Origin: Porphyridium purpureum
Lineage: Eukaryota
Direction of reading: 5' to 3'
Assembly (NCBI GenBank): GCA_008690995.1
Contig: VRMN01000011.1
Coordinates: forward strand, 496,001 to 560,000
DNA length: 64,000 nucleotides
In this document: piece by piece, positions 62,620 to 64,000 of the stretch
Layout of the letters: each line of letters opens with the position of its first letter
How positions within the stretch are numbered: the first letter of the stretch is position 1
Made by a program: the position numbers and the translations under genes
The notes under the pieces: generated by a model
Seen by the model: only the letters and a program-made list of their open reading frames with translations
Database searches by the model: none
Told to the model about the DNA's origin: nothing

Positions 62620-64000
62620 ATGGCGGATATTCGTCTTCAGGCGGTGCACTCCGTGCCTGCCTCCGGGCCGCGGGGCGCTGGCACTTCCGATGGTGGGGCG
62701 CTTGACATGGCAGACTTGCTGGCGGGGCTGGGTGACGAGAAGCAGCTGATGCGCGAGCGTGCGCTTCTGGCGCTTCGCAAGTGGTTGGGAAGCAGTGGCG
62801 CCAACGAGGATCTTGGGACGGTTGTGGATGCGTTGCTTGGCGCGCTGGAGAAAGAGGCCGGGGCGGGGCAGGCGGAGGAACAGATGTGGCAGCTACGATG
62901 CGGCCTACTTTTGGCGCTTCGCGACGTCGTGCTGTATTTGGAAACACATCGTGTGGATCCTGCGAACGGAAAGGACGTGAGTGCGGTCTTAAAGCCGCAG
63001 GACGAGGAGAGGATGGTCCAGCAGGCCATGATCGGGGTGGGCCGCGCAGAGCTGCGAGAGAGGCAGGCCGGTGCCCAGCTGCTCGGCGCAATGGCCAAGC
63101 TTCGCGGTGCGATTGTTTGGCGACAGACGGGTGACGCTCTGCTAGGGAGCGTCGAGGCGTCGTTTGAGCTGGACGAGAAGCAGCGCTCGCAGGAGAGTGC
63201 CGAGCTAGTGAAGCGTACCGCAAACGACTCAGCTCTGCAAAAGTCCGGCACGCAGCTGCTGCATGACACGGAAGGCTGGCGGAATCTTGAGACAAGCCTC
63301 AGCGCGGTGCGCTGCATTTTCGAGGCGTGCGGTGCGCAGATCTTTATGATGGCTCATTCCGAGTCGCCGGCTTTGGACGATAATGTTCACGCGCGGCTTC
63401 TCCCACTTGTGCTGCGCGCGCGCGAACACACCAACCGATTTGTGCGTGACACGGCGCTGTTTGTGCTGACGGCGCTGGTGGTGGGCGCGTCTGAATGTGA
63501 TCGTGCGAAGAAAGATGAACAAGACACGTCCCCACTGGCCCTTACCGAGCGTGTGGCCGAGTCCATTGCGCGCGGGCTCGATGACAACTGGACCCACGTG
63601 CGCTTTGCAGGCTGTGTTTGTGCGCGCGAGTTCATGTCGCGACTGGATCCTTCGCGCCGCGAGGCATTCTACCCGCTTCTGCTGGCGCGCATGTGCTTGA
63701 ACCGCCATTATGAGGCGGAGGGCGTGCGGTTGTACTCGCAGACGACCTGGAAGCTTTTGATGGGTTTGCAGGGACGTCAAACGCTCACAGAATACATTGC
63801 GAATGTCGTGGCATATTATACGACGCAGTGTGATGCAGACAACCACGCGGTGCGCGAGGCAGCTTGTCAGGCCTTTTCTGAGCTCGCCACGCAGCTTCCG
63901 GACGAGGCGGCCGTTATTCCGTTCATCCCAAGCATGCTTGGCGCACTTGTCAACTGCTTCAAGGATGAGAGTTGGTCAGTGCGCGACTGTGCGTGCACGG
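62620..64000 (+). CDS. HEAT/ARM-repeat protein; runs off the right edge
   Basis: Absent from the ORF track because it has no stop. Hand translation gives HDTEGWRNLETS, HTNRFVRD, GLDDNWTHVRFA, DNHAVREAAC, FKDESWSVRD (HEAT-type D..W.VR repeats). The start is 62620 or 62707. Confidence 0.8.
   Translation, partial: MADIRLQAVHSVPASGPRGAGTSDGGALDMADLLAGLGDEKQLMRERALLALRKWLGSSGANEDLGTVVDALLGALEKEAGAGQAEEQMWQLRCGLLLALRDVVLYLETHRVDPANGKDVSAVLKPQDEERMVQQAMIGVGRAELRERQAGAQLLGAMAKLRGAIVWRQTGDALLGSVEASFELDEKQRSQESAELVKRTANDSALQKSGTQLLHDTEGWRNLETSLSAVRCIFEACGAQIFMMAHSESPALDDNVHARLLPLVLRAREHTNRFVRDTALFVLTALVVGASECDRAKKDEQDTSPLALTERVAESIARGLDDNWTHVRFAGCVCAREFMSRLDPSRREAFYPLLLARMCLNRHYEAEGVRLYSQTTWKLLMGLQGRQTLTEYIANVVAYYTTQCDADNHAVREAACQAFSELATQLPDEAAVIPFIPSMLGALVNCFKDESWSVRDCACT

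Overview
Eukaryotic, gene-dense, intron-poor DNA. M-A-F-type plastid transit peptides, a GTACGT...CTAAC...AG intron and very short intergenic spacers suggest a unicellular red alga; this is inference. Bases 1-3093 hold the 5' part of a large minus-strand ePHD (zf-HC5HC2H) chromatin gene. Bases 3311-21310 are an 18-kb stack of three young, essentially intact LTR retrotransposons, all on the minus strand. Element A (3311-15543) and element B (15550-21310) are related members of an unusual family. They combine a Ty3/Gypsy-type Gag and protease, a -1 frameshift site with an H-type pseudoknot, and a Ty1/Copia-type IN-RT-RNaseH. Their LTRs end in 5'-C...G-3' rather than TG...CA, and both inserted at one host site with overlapping 5-bp TSDs. 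A carries a Myb/SANT-like domain and B a leucine zipper at the integrase C-terminus. Element C (6002-12228) is a chromodomain-bearing Gypsy element nested in the pol gene of A. From 21.9 kb to the end lie about 27 mostly ordinary host genes, including HDDC2, COPA, ClpS, UBE2S, DXO/RAI1, seipin, BCCIP, ClpP, CNOT9, a PILS-type transporter, a cyclin, a desaturase and bL36m. Two divergent genes appear to share one CATG, and there is a candidate structured/spliced non-coding transcript near 49.6-50.2 kb. All assignments come from reading motifs by eye; no database searches were run.
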